DNA of 64,000 nucleotides from Selaginella moellendorffii. Taxonomy: Eukaryota > Plantae > Lycopodiophyta. The notes beneath the pieces were generated by a model. That model was not told the origin of the DNA and ran no database searches. It saw only the letters and a program-made list of their open reading frames with translations. Within the stretch, counting starts at the first letter, position 1. Each line of letters opens with the position of its first letter. Where the stretch lies: the NCBI RefSeq assembly GCF_000143415.4, contig NW_003314361.1:62001-126000 (forward strand). The letters run 5' to 3'. The translations under genes were made by a program, and so were the position numbers. Below, one piece after another: positions 50,064 to 62,340 of this stretch.

Positions 50064-50897
50064 AAGTATCAATTTGAGAAGTTGAGCAATGGTATATGTT
50101 GGGACTCAAAGGCGCGCCAAAGGTAAGCTAATTAGCATGGGCTAGCTAGGTCGACCAGGCGTAGGGAACTACGCCCGACTCCCTGCGGGGATGTCGAATC
50201 CGTAGACGTATTCTATGGAGATTGGGTTCAAGTTCCAACCCCCTAATAAAGCAAGGCTGGGTTCAAGTCTCGACCCTATACTAGGGCGTGGTGAGGTGAG
50301 GAGTATAGGGACACCTATATTCCGTTATCATGGGCTCTTGGCTGGGGAGGCTAACTTAGGCACACCGCTAAGTGGGGGGATGCCCCCGAAAACATAGTCA
50401 ACAAGTCGTAGGATAAAAAAGAGAAGTTCGATGTGGGCATCGAACTTCTTCTATGGGTGGTGGAGTTGTAAGGAACCTACTCCCCGAGGTGTCGTAGGCT
50501 AAAGGATCCCCGAAAGCATGACCAAAATGATAAAGATTTCATTTGATGGGACTGAGTCTGAGATCAAGTCCAAGACCGACTCGGAGACCGAGTTCAAGAT
50601 AGAGTCCGGAATCAAGTCCGAGGCCGACTCGGAGACCGAGTTCGAGACCGAGTTCGAGATGGAGTCCGACATCCGAAATCGGGTCCGAGACCGAGTCCAA
50701 GGTCGAGTCCGAGGTCGGGTCCGAGATCGGGTCCGAGATTGAGTCCGAGATCGAGTCCGAGATCAAGCCAGAGACTGAGTCCGAGTACTAATACGGGTCA
50801 AAGGGTGATAGTGAGGTCTAGGAACCAGTTTTGAAGGAACTCTCCAGTGGGGCTTCCAAACTGACTTGAGGTTGGGACTGGGACCGAGGGGCCTTGG

Positions 50898-51801
50898 AGA
50901 GGCTACCTAGCTGGCCTGGTATCGGGCTACCGAGATGGAGCCCATTCTCACTGAGGTCGAGATGCCGAAGCTGCTGGACTTGTCCGATGGATTCGGGGAT
51001 GGAGATGGAAAACGAAGGCGACGACGACGTGGTTCTGGTGACTCAGAGGCTTTGCAAGTACCCGAGCTGCGACGCGACGGACAGGAGAATGGACAGTGCC
51101 TGTGGAGTGTCACGGGAGAGTTCAATGCCGGAGACATGATAAGCAGCTGGAAGCGACGACTGGTTTCGGAGCACGCAGGTTACTCCCGGCCAAGTCGAGG
51201 GTGGCGAGCAGGGATCATTGGCAGCGGCCACGGCCCAGGAAATCGCAGGAATGGCTCTCAAAACAGCAACTTCCGATGGATCGGTCGCGAAAAAAGTACC
51301 TGGTAGAGCTGGAGCTGGAGCTACATCGCCATAAATCTGAGGTAGAGTGGATTCACTGCTGCTGCTACTGATAATCGTCGTGAACAAGAGAAGGACAACT
51401 TGGAGAACGGGATGACTGAATCCCAGCGCAAAACCAAACTTGGTCCTCATTTTCTGCGAGCTCACTCACTCACTGGGAAGAGGAAACCCGAGCAAGGAGA
51501 CTCTTTAATGACCGATCAACATCTCCTCGCGCAGCGCGACGAGAGCCATTGAAATCGCAGCAATGCAACAAAGCGACAGTAGTAAGCTTTTTCTACTCAG
51601 CAGAGCTCGGCTTTTTGGAATTAAGACACTGGAAAATCGTCGGCAGATCGTCCGGAATTCGCCATTGCGACTTCGACGCGTGGGTTTCTCTGCCAAATCC
51701 CATAAGCATCGAAAGAGGAGCTCTCTCTCTTCTAGAAAGTGTGGAAACTTTGAGTTTCAGGGGTAGCACAGTGATTCCGAGGTAGCAAGTCAAGCGCGAA
51801 A
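50898..51801 (-). pseudogene. Captured 5' portion (upstream region, signal peptide, LRRNT cap, first LRRs) of an LRR receptor-like kinase/protein gene inside the F1b 3' LTR
   Basis: ORF 51043-51465: hydrophobic signal, TDPSEVAVLRAI...SW......DPC.....WPGVTC; continues past one TGA to IPESIGQVQQLRHLDLSENGL..GSPIPGQLGSL; LTR sequence on both sides. Confidence 0.85.
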
Positions 51802-51987
51802 GATTGGTGCTGCAAGGGCCATCTAAGGAAGTGCTCAAGAGCAACTCCTACTCCCAAAAGGGAAACTGACTGCGGTGCTCCCGGCTCATATGAAGTGGTG
51901 CCCCACTTGAGTATCATGCGGCTCATTGGTCCTCACCCTTCCTAGGGGCTTGGACCTTCCCTTCGGGATGGAAGTGCGGGGGGGGGA

Positions 51988-52142
51988 NNNNNNNNNNNNN
52001 NNNNNNNNNNNNNNNNNNNNNNNNNNNNNNNNNNNNNNNNNNNNNNNNNNNNNNNNNNNNNNNNNNNNNNNNNNNNNNNNNNNNNNNNNNNNNNNNNNNN
52101 NNNNNNNNNNNNNNNNNNNNNNNNNNNNNNNNNNNNNNNNNN
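51988..52142. other. Assembly gap (N run)
   Basis: Run of N. Confidence 1.
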
Positions 52143-52450
52143 ACTAAGGGCTCTCTCATCATACAAGTTGCCCCTTGTCCAGTTGACTTAAGAGGAGAGA
52201 GATAAAGTGTGCTATAGCGGGGTAGAGGTACCCATACCGGGCCATTAGGCCACGGTGTTTCACCCCGGCGTCCCGAAGCAAGTGTTGCACCCAAGACTTG
52301 GGATTTAGAGGGTCCCATGATCAAATCTTGTGGTACCAAGGGATGTTAGGAACCTGGAAGCTTGGTGTGCTTGGCTGGTTGTGCTTGTGGGGAGTGTAGC
52401 CGAACCTTAAGTCCAGTCTAACCCGGGGAGGGGGATTGGGAGAGATTTGA

Positions 52451-55400
52451 GAGATCGGACTCGGTCTTGGACCCGATTTGGATCTCGGACTCTGTCTCGA
52501 ACTCGGTCTCCGATTCGGCCTCGGACTCGATCCCAGACTCTATCTCAAACTCGGTCTCAGAGTCGGTCTTGAACTCGATCTTCGACTCGGTCCCATTCGA
52601 TGAACTCTTTGTCATTTTGGGTCATGCTTTCAGGGATCCTTTAGCCTACGACACCTTGGTGAGTTGGTTCCTTACAACTCACCACCCATAGAAGAAGTTT
52701 GATGCCCACATCGAATGTCTCTCTTTTATCCTACAACTTGTTGACCATGTCTCTGGGGGCATCCCCCCACTTAGCGGTGTGCCTAAGTTAGCCTCCCCAG
52801 CCAAGAGCCCATGACAATGGAATATAGGTGTCCCTATACTCCTCACCTCACCACGCCCTAGTATGGGGTCGGGACTTGAACCCAACTTTGCTTTACTAGG
52901 GGGTTGGGACTCGAACCCAACCTCCGTAGAATACGTCTAAAGATTCGACATCCCCGCAGGGAGTCGGGCGTAGTTCCCTATGCCTGGTCAACCTAGCTAA
53001 CCCATGCTAATTAGCTTACCTTCGGCGCACCTTCGGATCCCAACATATGCCATTGCTCAACTTCACAAATTGATACTTTAATTGAACTTTGCATAAGTAT
53101 ATAGAGTTTTGCCTTGCAGAAATTCGTCCATTAAACCTCGCGCGTTCGCTAGGTTCTCCTCTGGTTCCCATGTTGTTTCGCAGTGTGGAAATCCTTTCCA
53201 GTTCACATAGAACTCTCTCACCTCGCGTCCTTGTCGCCTGCTCTTACGCGCATTGAGGATGGCCTCGACTTCGTATTCTTCTTCCCCTTGGATAACCTAA
53301 GGTAAAGGTTTTATTTGGTCCTTGCAAAGTGGATTCTCAAAATATGGCTTGAATAAGTCCACGTGGAATACAGGGTGCATCTTCCCCATCTCTCGAGGAA
53401 GTCGGAGACGGTAAGCCACTTTACCGATTCGAGCCTCAATCTCATAAGGCCCCGCGAACGTGCTTGAGGAACTCAAGATCAATTCATTTACAGGAATACA
53501 TGCATTTTTACCTTTGGGTCAACTTCTAGCTGATCCCACTTGGTAGTCTGAGGTTCTTGGTGTTTAGCCATACCTTCTCCCCAGCTTGGAACTCTACATC
53601 CCAGCACCTCTAGTTTGCGTACTTGGTTTGCCTTTGTTAAGCCCGTTCCAAGGAATCCCTCACTAGATTCCAAATGTTGAGTCTTTCCGCCGTGAATGCC
53701 TCCACTGCGGGTAACTCTCCATGATACTCGGCCACGCCGAGTTCCACAGAACCTTCCATAGCTCGCCTATTAATGACTTCCCATGGATTCACCCCGATGC
53801 TCGAATGTGGTGAGTTGTTATAACACATTTCCGCAAGGCCCAAATGACTTACCCAATCGGTCTGGTCTCCCGAGACATAGCATCGCAAATAATCCTCCAG
53901 CTACCTATTCACCCTTTCTGTTTGTCCGTCTGTCAAGAAGTGTTAATGCCATCAAACTTGACTTAATACCCATTACCTGTTTGTGGGTGATAGGCTTTGC
54001 TGAATTTCAACTTGGTGCAATATAGTTCCAGGAATGTTCTCCAGAACTTATTGGTGAAGATGTTATCTCGATCTGAGATAATCTCTTTTGGGCTTCCTTG
54101 CACTCAAACCACTTGTTTGAAGAACAACTTCGCCACACCTTCCGCATCCACTTCCGTTGTGGTGGGTATGAAATGTGCCATATTCAAAAATCAGTCCACC
54201 ACTACGAATATCGCATCGAACCCCTCGCTTAGGGGGAGTCCCGTGATGAAGTCCATCGTAAGACATTTTCATGGACGATTTGGAATTAGGATGCTTTGTA
54301 ACAAGCCCCCACTAGCCTTAGTCACGGCTTTGACTTGCTGAGATGTTAGACATGTCTTTACATAGTCTTGGACGTCCTTAGCCATATTTTGCCAGTGGTA
54401 CTTCCTCTTGAGTAAGCCCATCGTCTTGGGCACTCTGCTGTGTCCTGCAAGAGGTCCATCATGACACTCTTCTAAGGCTACCTTCCTTAGTTACCCTTCT
54501 GGAACATACACCCTCATTTGCTTATAAATATGAGTCCATTGCGTTCTGCATAGCCCGTTTTCTCTTCCGTTGGTAACTCACCTCTCTGGTGAGTTTCCCG
54601 TGCCTCGAGATTCCTCAGCAACACTTCTTGTGTTAGACCATCGTTCTCGTATGTGGTCCACACATCATCCCAAAAGGTTGTTGTCGTGCTGGATATTGCC
54701 AACTTCAAGCTCGCTTTTCGACTTAGCACATCTGCCACGATGTTGCTCTTCCCAAGCTTGTACAGAATCTCGCAATCAAACTCGGCCAAAGCATTGGCCC
54801 ACCAACCTTGTTTTCCCCTCAGGTCGGGCTGTGACAAGAGGTGTTTCGTTACCACATTGTCCGTGTAAACCTTGAAGTGTCTTCCAAAGTAGTGTCGCCA
54901 CTCCTTGAGCACTTTAGCCACCGCAAATAATTCCTTCTCGTGGGTAGGCCACTTTCGCTGAGCCTTGTCCAACTTCTAAATGAAGAACACCACTGGATTG
55001 TTGTTTTGCTTCAAAATTGCACCTAACGCAAAGTCCGAAGCATCAGTTTCTACCTCAAAGTCTTTACCAAAGTCGGGTAACGCTAACACGGGGGTCTTCT
55101 TCAACTTCCCTTTGAGGTGGACAAATGCCACCTCGCATTCCGCTGTCCATACCATCTTCCCTTTACCTGTTTGGTCCGTTAAGGGCAGAGCTACTCTCGA
55201 ATAGTGTTTGATAAACTTGTGGTAGTAGTTGCATAGCCCCAAAAATGCCCTCAACACCTGTACATTCGATGGTCGCTCCCATTCCTAGATCTCTTGGACC
55301 TTCTCAGAATCCACCTTGAGCTCATCCCTGCCCACCACATGCCCGAGAAACTTTACCTCTTATTGAGCAAAGTCACATTTGCTCTCTTTAGCATACAGCT

Positions 55401-58390
55401 TATGTTCCTTTAGTTTCTCAAACACCTTCGTCAAGTGTTTGGCATGCTCCTCTAGCGTTTCGCTATAGATCAGGATGTTGTCAATATAGATGACAACAAA
55501 GTGATCCAGATAGGGTACAAAGATATGGTTCATCAACGCCGAAAACATTGCCAGCACATTGCATAGCCCGAAGGGCATCACCAAAAACTCGAAGCTCCCA
55601 TACCTCGTTCGACAGGTTGTCTTCTCGACATCTTCCTCTACTACCCTGATCTGGTAGTATCCTGACCTTAGGTCAATCCTCGAGAAGTATTTTGCCTTTC
55701 CCAACCTATCGAACAAGTCCTCAATCCTTGGCAAAGGGTACTTATTCTTCTTTGTATATTTGTTGAGCAACCGGTAGTCTATACACATGCGCATAGATCT
55801 ATCTTTCTTTTTCACAAATAGCACCGGCACCCCATACGGCAACTTGCTCAACCTAACATACCCTTTGTCCACCAACTCTTCTAGTTGGCGCTTGAGCTCC
55901 GCCAGTTCTTTTTCGTTCAAACGATAGGGGGGACGAACCACCGCCTCAGCACCCTCGACCAGCTCAATCTTATATTCTATCGGTCGTGCGGGGGGCAACC
56001 CCGCCGCTAGCTCCTCTGGTATGGTATCCTGGAATTGGTCCAACACCCGCTGGATCACTAAAGGTACTTATTTTGTTCCTATCTTTTTGTCACTCTTCAC
56101 CGAGAGAAAGCACAAAAATGCAGCCTTGGTCCCTTTAATGAGTTGTCCCCTTGTGGACACTAGGTTTAGGCACGAATTTTTGGCCTTGCATTGCCCTACC
56201 TTTAGATCCTGGGCCTCCACCCTGGATCTTCTTCCTTGGGCATTCGCTAGTACCACAAGATTCCTACCTTGTCCATATAGGGCTACCACGAACCGATTGA
56301 ACCAATCCATCCCGAAAATCACGTCAAATCCTGCCATATCCAACACGGTGAAATCCATGTCTACTTTCCAAGTCCCTACTTCGACTCTCACTTGTCGAAG
56401 TACATCATCAGTGCTTTGGCTACCTTGAAAAAACTCTATAGTCCTTGGTTCGCCCAGCCACTGCACTGTTAGTCCGGCTTGCCGGACTATATATGCAGCC
56501 ACAAAATTATCCAAAGCACTCGTGTCAATAAGGATCTTAACAAAGCTACCCTCGAGCTTCCCTCGGAGGGCTAGTAGATGTCGCGAACAACTCTTTACCA
56601 AAGTTACTCGTGTAGTGAATAACTTTGAGCTAGAGACTAGATCATATACCTCAATTTAGACTTCACTTGATTTAATGGCCATATTGGCTCTAGCCTTCTT
56701 TGGGTAGGGACATTCCTTCAAAAAGTGTCCCGTTTCACCGCAGTTGTAAGATACATTGTTTCCCATGCTGCTAAACGACTTGACCTTCTTATCCATGGGT
56801 TTGTCTCTTTTTTTTTTACTCCCCTACGTACTCGCTCGCTGGCCACCGGATTTGCCTTTCCGGAACCCCGAGGACTCATTGTTAGAGAAACTCTTCTTGA
56901 ATTTCCCTTTGCTATATGTTCCCCTTGGTTTGGCCCCTTTGCTAAATGTGGACCCCAACCTCGTCGTGGTCCCCTTTTCCAGGTTATTGTTGAAATGCAC
57001 TTTGATGGCCGCATCCAATGTTTCCTTGTGGTTGGTTGGGTTCCAGCGCATCACCTCACCGCGAGCCCAAGTTTGCAAACCTAATATGAAGGCATGGAAC
57101 GCATCCATATCCCCTATGTCCGTGACAAGTATCCTCTTTGCCATAAACCCATTCACATACTCCTGAATGGTTCCGGTCTGCTTCAGCCTACTTAGCTTGT
57201 CTCTTAGATGCAGAGTAGCATTCGGAGGAACGTAAGTTGCATGGATCCTCGCCTTCATCATGTCCCAAGTGGCCACTGGTCCTTCGTTGGCCTCCATCGT
57301 TCTCCACCAAGACTCCAGCATCCGCAGTCTTTCGCTTTTTCTTCCACTTCTCGTCACGCTTTAGCTTGTGTATAAGAGTCTCGAGCAGGGCATTGGTCTG
57401 TGCCAACTATCCATTTAGAACGTTCAATCGAGCCTTGGACGACCAAGCCTTGCCACCGGACTCCTGTTTGGAAGTTTCCTCACTGGAGTCCTCCTTATGC
57501 AAGGATTCCTCATCCATAGCCTCTCGTTCGACCGGAGGCTCCAGCTCTGGAGGAGGTTCCGTCTCCGCCTTGGTTCGCTTTTGCCCTGCCTTTGCCATCT
57601 CCCAGCAATCCGCCTCTATCCTTCGCTAGAACTGAGGAAAAGGCTCTAATACCAAATATAGCCACAAATTTTTTCCTTTCTAATTTGCCAGCTTACCTCG
57701 TCTATCTGTCCAACACTGCCTTGGCTTTTGCTAAGTTCCCTCGCCAAGGTTCCCACCTATGGTACTAGCTCCTACCTACCTGGTTTCAGCTACTCACTGC
57801 ACAAGCAATGAAGCGTTAGCCATCCATCCACAGATTCCCAAATCTCTCCCAATCCTCCTCCCCAGGTTAGACTGAACTTAAGGTTCGGCTACACTCCCCC
57901 ACAAGCAGCTAAGCACACCAAGCCCCCAAGTTCCTAACACCCCTTGGTACCACAAGACTTGATCATGGGACCCTCTATATTCCAAGTCTTGGGTGCAACA
58001 CTTGCTTTGGGACGCTGGGGCGAAACACCGTGGCCTAACGACCTGGTATGGGTACCTCTAGCCCCCCACTTCCATCCTGAAGGAAGGCCCAATCTCGAAG
58101 GCTCGATCTCGGACCCGATCTCGGACTCGACTTCGGACTCGACCTCGGACTCGGTCTCGGACCCGATTTGGATCTCGGACTCTGTCTCAAACTCGGTCTC
58201 AAACTTGGTCTCGAACTTGGTCTCCGATTCGGCCTCGGACTCGATCCCAGACTCTATCTCGAACTCAGTCTCAGAGTCGGTCTTGGACTCGATCTTCGAC
58301 TCGGTCCCATCTGATGAACTCTTTGTCATTTTGGGTCATGGTTTCAGGGATCCTTTAGCCTACAACACCTTGGCGAGTTGGTTCCTTACA
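52451..58390 (-). mobile_element. Chromovirus F1 copy c, inverted; truncated 3' LTR 52455-52676, gag-pol pseudogene, internally deleted 5' LTR ~57658-58390
   Basis: PPT at 52677-52690; RT ORF 55360-56058; RNase H/IN fragments; decayed PBS 57643-57654; ~250-bp gag deletion near 57313 relative to F1a. Confidence 0.95.
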
Positions 58391-60620
58391 CTTCATTGAT
58401 GGCCTTCATAGTGAGAGCATGCGACAACAGTTGTATCATTCTCAGCCTACAAAGAGTTTGGAGGAGCTCTTTGATGCAGCTCGTTGACTTAACAATGATA
58501 AACACAAGCCTCGCAAGCATTTGCAGAGTCCTTCTGTCAAGAATTGTTATGATAATCGCCGTGAACACAAGGATGGGAACAAGCACCACAAGTTGAAGTC
58601 TATGGTGACTACTTCAGATGCAAAGGTGTCAAAGAAGCAAAAGTTCTTTGTGAAGAATTATAAACAAGTTTGTCATCATTGTGGCAAGCTTGGACACTAT
58701 AAGGCTGATTATCCACAGCTAAAGTATAAGCAGCAGGGCAAAAGGAATGGCCAATCTTCTACTGATGGTAAGTCAAATGTTAAAAAGTTGGAAAATTTGC
58801 AACATGCAAATGACAGGGATGACCATTCTAGTCGAAGGAAGAGGCTTTTGATGGTTTCTCATCAACGCAACTGTGTGTGGAACAAGATGGAGCTCGAGGA
58901 TACTTGTGACTCAACTTTAATGCTGGAGGGCATGTTCCATGGCGGTCCAATGCGGATTTTATTGGATTGTGAGAGTGATAACAACTTTGTTTCGGCAAAG
59001 TTTATTGCAAAACATGGCTTCGTCACACAAGGAGTTCTTCCATATATGGTGGAAGGTGTAACTACCTCTGCTCAGCATTTCAATGCTTATGTAAAGATGT
59101 TAGACGTGTTGGTTGGCAAAACCACACTTGTGGAGACTTTTTATTTCACAGATATCCATCGTGTGGATCTCATTCTTGGGATGCCATGGTTGGTGAAGGT
59201 GGATCAGAAGATAAAGTGGAGTATTAAGCATGTCTTGCTGGAGTATGATGGCATTAAAGATGTGTGGTTTGGAGAAGGAGTTCAACCTCCAATTGTTATG
59301 CTCTCCACTACATCTTTGAAGCAGGCTTGTCGCAATGGAAAAGCACTTTCAAGTTACTTGTTATTTATTTGTGACTTGGGGGACTAAGGCATGTGTGGGG
59401 AGAAGTAGCAATATGGGATATACTTGACAAGTTTTTTAATGTTTTCCATTTGAACTTCCTTATGGGTTGCCTCCATTACAAAGTGTGGAGCATGGGATTA
59501 TATTATAACCGGGGACACAGCCAATTTACCAGCATCCATTTCAGTTAAGTTATGCAAAGGAGCAAGAAGTTCAACAACAAATCAAGGAGTTACTTGATTT
59601 TAGATTTATTCAGCCAAGTAAGTTTTTGTTTGGTGCTTTGGTTTTGCTTGTGAAAAAGAAAGACGGTTCAATGCGAATGTGTATTGACTAGAACAAGAAA
59701 ATAGTGAAGGATAATATGCCAATGCCACGTGTGGATGATATCTTAGACAAACTTGGTAAAGCACGAGTGTTTACTAAGATTGATCTGAGGAGCGGATATC
59801 ATTAGATTGCAATAGATGATACATCTATCTCCAAGACGGCATTCAACACAAGCTTTGGACATTTTGAGTTTATAGTTATACCGTTTGGTTTGCCGAATAC
59901 ACCAGCCACATTTACTCGGTTGATGATATAGGTATTTTGCCGGGGGACATCATTAGTGATCAAGATACAAAGTTCATAAATGGATTTTGGAAGAGCTTTG
60001 TGAAGGCTATGTTGAAACTCTTGAGTGGAGATCATCCTCAGATGGATGGGAAAACCGAGCATGTGAATCAAGTGGTGGAGGATATGCTCCATTGTAGCAT
60101 TGGTCAATAGCAAGGACAGTGGGATCTATATCTTTCGTTGGTGCAATTTATTTGCAACAATAGCCAACACAGTGGAACCAAGCTAAATCCTTAATTTGCC
60201 ATGTTTGGAAGGTATCCCCGAACAACAGTGGAGTTGGGATTGCATTTGAGTAAGGATGTTCAAGATAAGCTTGATTCTAAGGCGACTAATCTAGCCACAG
60301 AATTTGATGAGATTCTGGTGGTATGCAAACTGAATTTTTAAGCAGCTTAGGATAGAGTGGAGAAGTTTGTTAATAAGTATTGCCAATTCCAGGAATATAA
60401 GGTGGGTGATCTTGTCTTCGTGCAAGTGATCTTTCCGTCAAATGAGTGGTGGAACACTTTGGTGCTTTTACGGACAGTTCATATGAAGTGCTAGAGCACA
60501 TTGGTAAAGCAGCTTATCAGGTGCGGCTGCCAACTGGAGTGAAAATTCATCCAGTATTTTAAGTTATCTAGTTCAAAGGTGTACTATCTCGGAGTGACGG
60601 GCCCAATGCCTCCTTGATGT
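58391..60620 (+). pseudogene. gag (CCHC)-protease-RT-integrase remnants of F4
   Basis: FIDGL; CHHCGKLGH; ILLDCESDNNFV; DGSMRMCID, KIDLRSGY; HPQMDG integrase motif; RNase H missing. Confidence 0.85.
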
Positions 60621-61259
60621 ATACAACTGTGGAAGATGGACAAGGAGCTTGAGCAGGGTTCCCCAAAAAGGGCGATCACAGATATAACTCATCCTTGGGA
60701 CAAAGACTTTGTTGGGGGGGAAGAATTGTTAGGTGCCAGATTTGTTCACATGGTCAACATCAATCAAAGGGAGGCTCAAAGGTATATTAAAGCATGTTAG
60801 GGTAAGGGACTTAACCTACCCTAGGGCTTACAGTGGAGTAGCGGCACAATGGAGCTTTTAAGGTAGCTCAGGGGTGGTTAGGTGGTGAGGAACCTCAAGA
60901 GGAGGTGTAGCATAGTCTAGAAAGATTGGATCTCTGTCTTTTTGTGCCAGATTATAACATTGCAATTTGGAGATTATTCCCTAACAAGGGGAAGATTGTT
61001 AGGCACTAGGTCAGGATAATAGGATAAAGAAAGGGTCTTGCCAGAACATTGAGTCGATATTCCCATTAACCATGGCCACCGGCCCTAGCCATGGCCTGGG
61101 GTGGCCTCCCCTTTCCAAGAACCATGGCTTCCGAGGCTGCCCCGGGCCATGGCTTCCGAGGCTGCCCCAGGCCCGGGATCGGACAGCTGTGGGGGTCTTA
61201 TTATTATAGATTAAAATAATGAACATATTGTATTAAAAACTTATATTGTAAGTGTATAT

Positions 61260-62340
61260 ATATATAAAAAAAAACAGAAGCTTGCATCCTCGTAGTCCAC
61301 TTGAACAACAAACTGGCGCATCTCCCCAAATACTGCATTTCTTTTCCCATAGTCTCCATCTTTATTATTCTTGTATTGCTGCCATCCAGTTCCCGGAAAC
61401 ATCTCTTTTGGAACACACAACCACAACCTGTAGCTTGATCTCTTCAATGCAGCATCCACCATTTCTAAGCCACTCGCTTTAAAGCCATGTTTTCCATCCC
61501 GTCTCTTGAAGACCTGAATGAGAATGTCTTCATCCATACCAGAATCAATGCTCGGAAAGACTTCAGAAGTTGGTTTCACGTACTTGCCCATCCCCATCTT
61601 TCCTCCAAACTCACCAGCAGAACTTGCCTCTAGCATGATATGAGGTCCAATATGATAGGAAGTCTCAGGACCGGAGCTTCCATCATCGTAAACTGGCTTG
61701 ATAACAAAATCACCACCCTTCAACAGCAGCCTATGCACAAGAGGCTCATAAAGCTTCCCCCACAAAGCCCCTACCCAAGAGCAGATGAATGTTTCTTTCA
61801 GAAATTCCACCACACGCACAGCTCCAGCAAGCAGATACTGATGCCCAAGCTCTGTCATCAAAGCCTTGCTTTCAAACTGATGTCTTTTCGCTGTGGTCCT
61901 CAGTTGCGATGATGTGCAGAATGCAGTCACTGACTTTTTTCACGTACCCTCCTGACAAAACCATAGCCGCTTTGATGCACTTGATCCGTGGCCCTGGCCT
62001 TCCCCTCATCCAGCTTTGTTGCACGCAGTACATACCTAGGAACTCCACCCAAATAATCGAAGTTTTCAAGCCCTTCCTTTCCAGGGAGGAGATTAAGAAA
62101 TTCCTTGACGACTTTGAGCCTTACTGAACTACGTCGGGCATGGGCGGCAATCTCCGCCACTGGGCCGTGAGTGGATCAAGCGCAAACCACACCAATTCCT
62201 CCTCCTTGTCCACCACGCCCAGCTCGCGCCTCAGCCGGAAGATCTCGCTCGAGCTCATGACCACACTGACATATAAAGCATGCAATAAAGTCCCCCCTTG
62301 CCAAACTCCTCATAGTTTGTCTTCTTAGATGGCCAACCTT
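61260..62340 (-). pseudogene. Crinkler/RHS-type NTPase + restriction-endonuclease-like (REase) gene fragment, frameshifted
   Basis: NYEEFGK...LYMSVWS, LGGVPRYVL, SDCILHI, GKLYEPLVH..L.KGGDF, YVKPTSEVFPSIDSG..ILIQV...HGFKASGL, spread over three frames. Confidence 0.7.

Larger units (their letters stand above)
44917..52450 (+). mobile_element. Chromovirus F1 copy b: 5' LTR 44917-45984, PBS 45988-46000, gag (internal deletion)-pol, PPT, interrupted and truncated 3' LTR 50467-52450
   Basis: LTR termini, PBS TGGTATCGGAGCC, PPT ATGGGTGGTGGAGT, full pol domain order PR-RT-RH-IN-chromo. Confidence 0.95.
41574..60959 (+). mobile_element. Gypsy element of family F4, split by ~16 kb of nested insertions
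   Basis: Truncated 5' LTR 41574-41701 + PBS TGGTATTAGAG + gag start; gag/pol resumes at 58391; G-rich PPT ~60712-60726; 3' LTR 60727-60959 (TGTTA...TAACA) matches the 5' LTR remnant. Confidence 0.75.
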
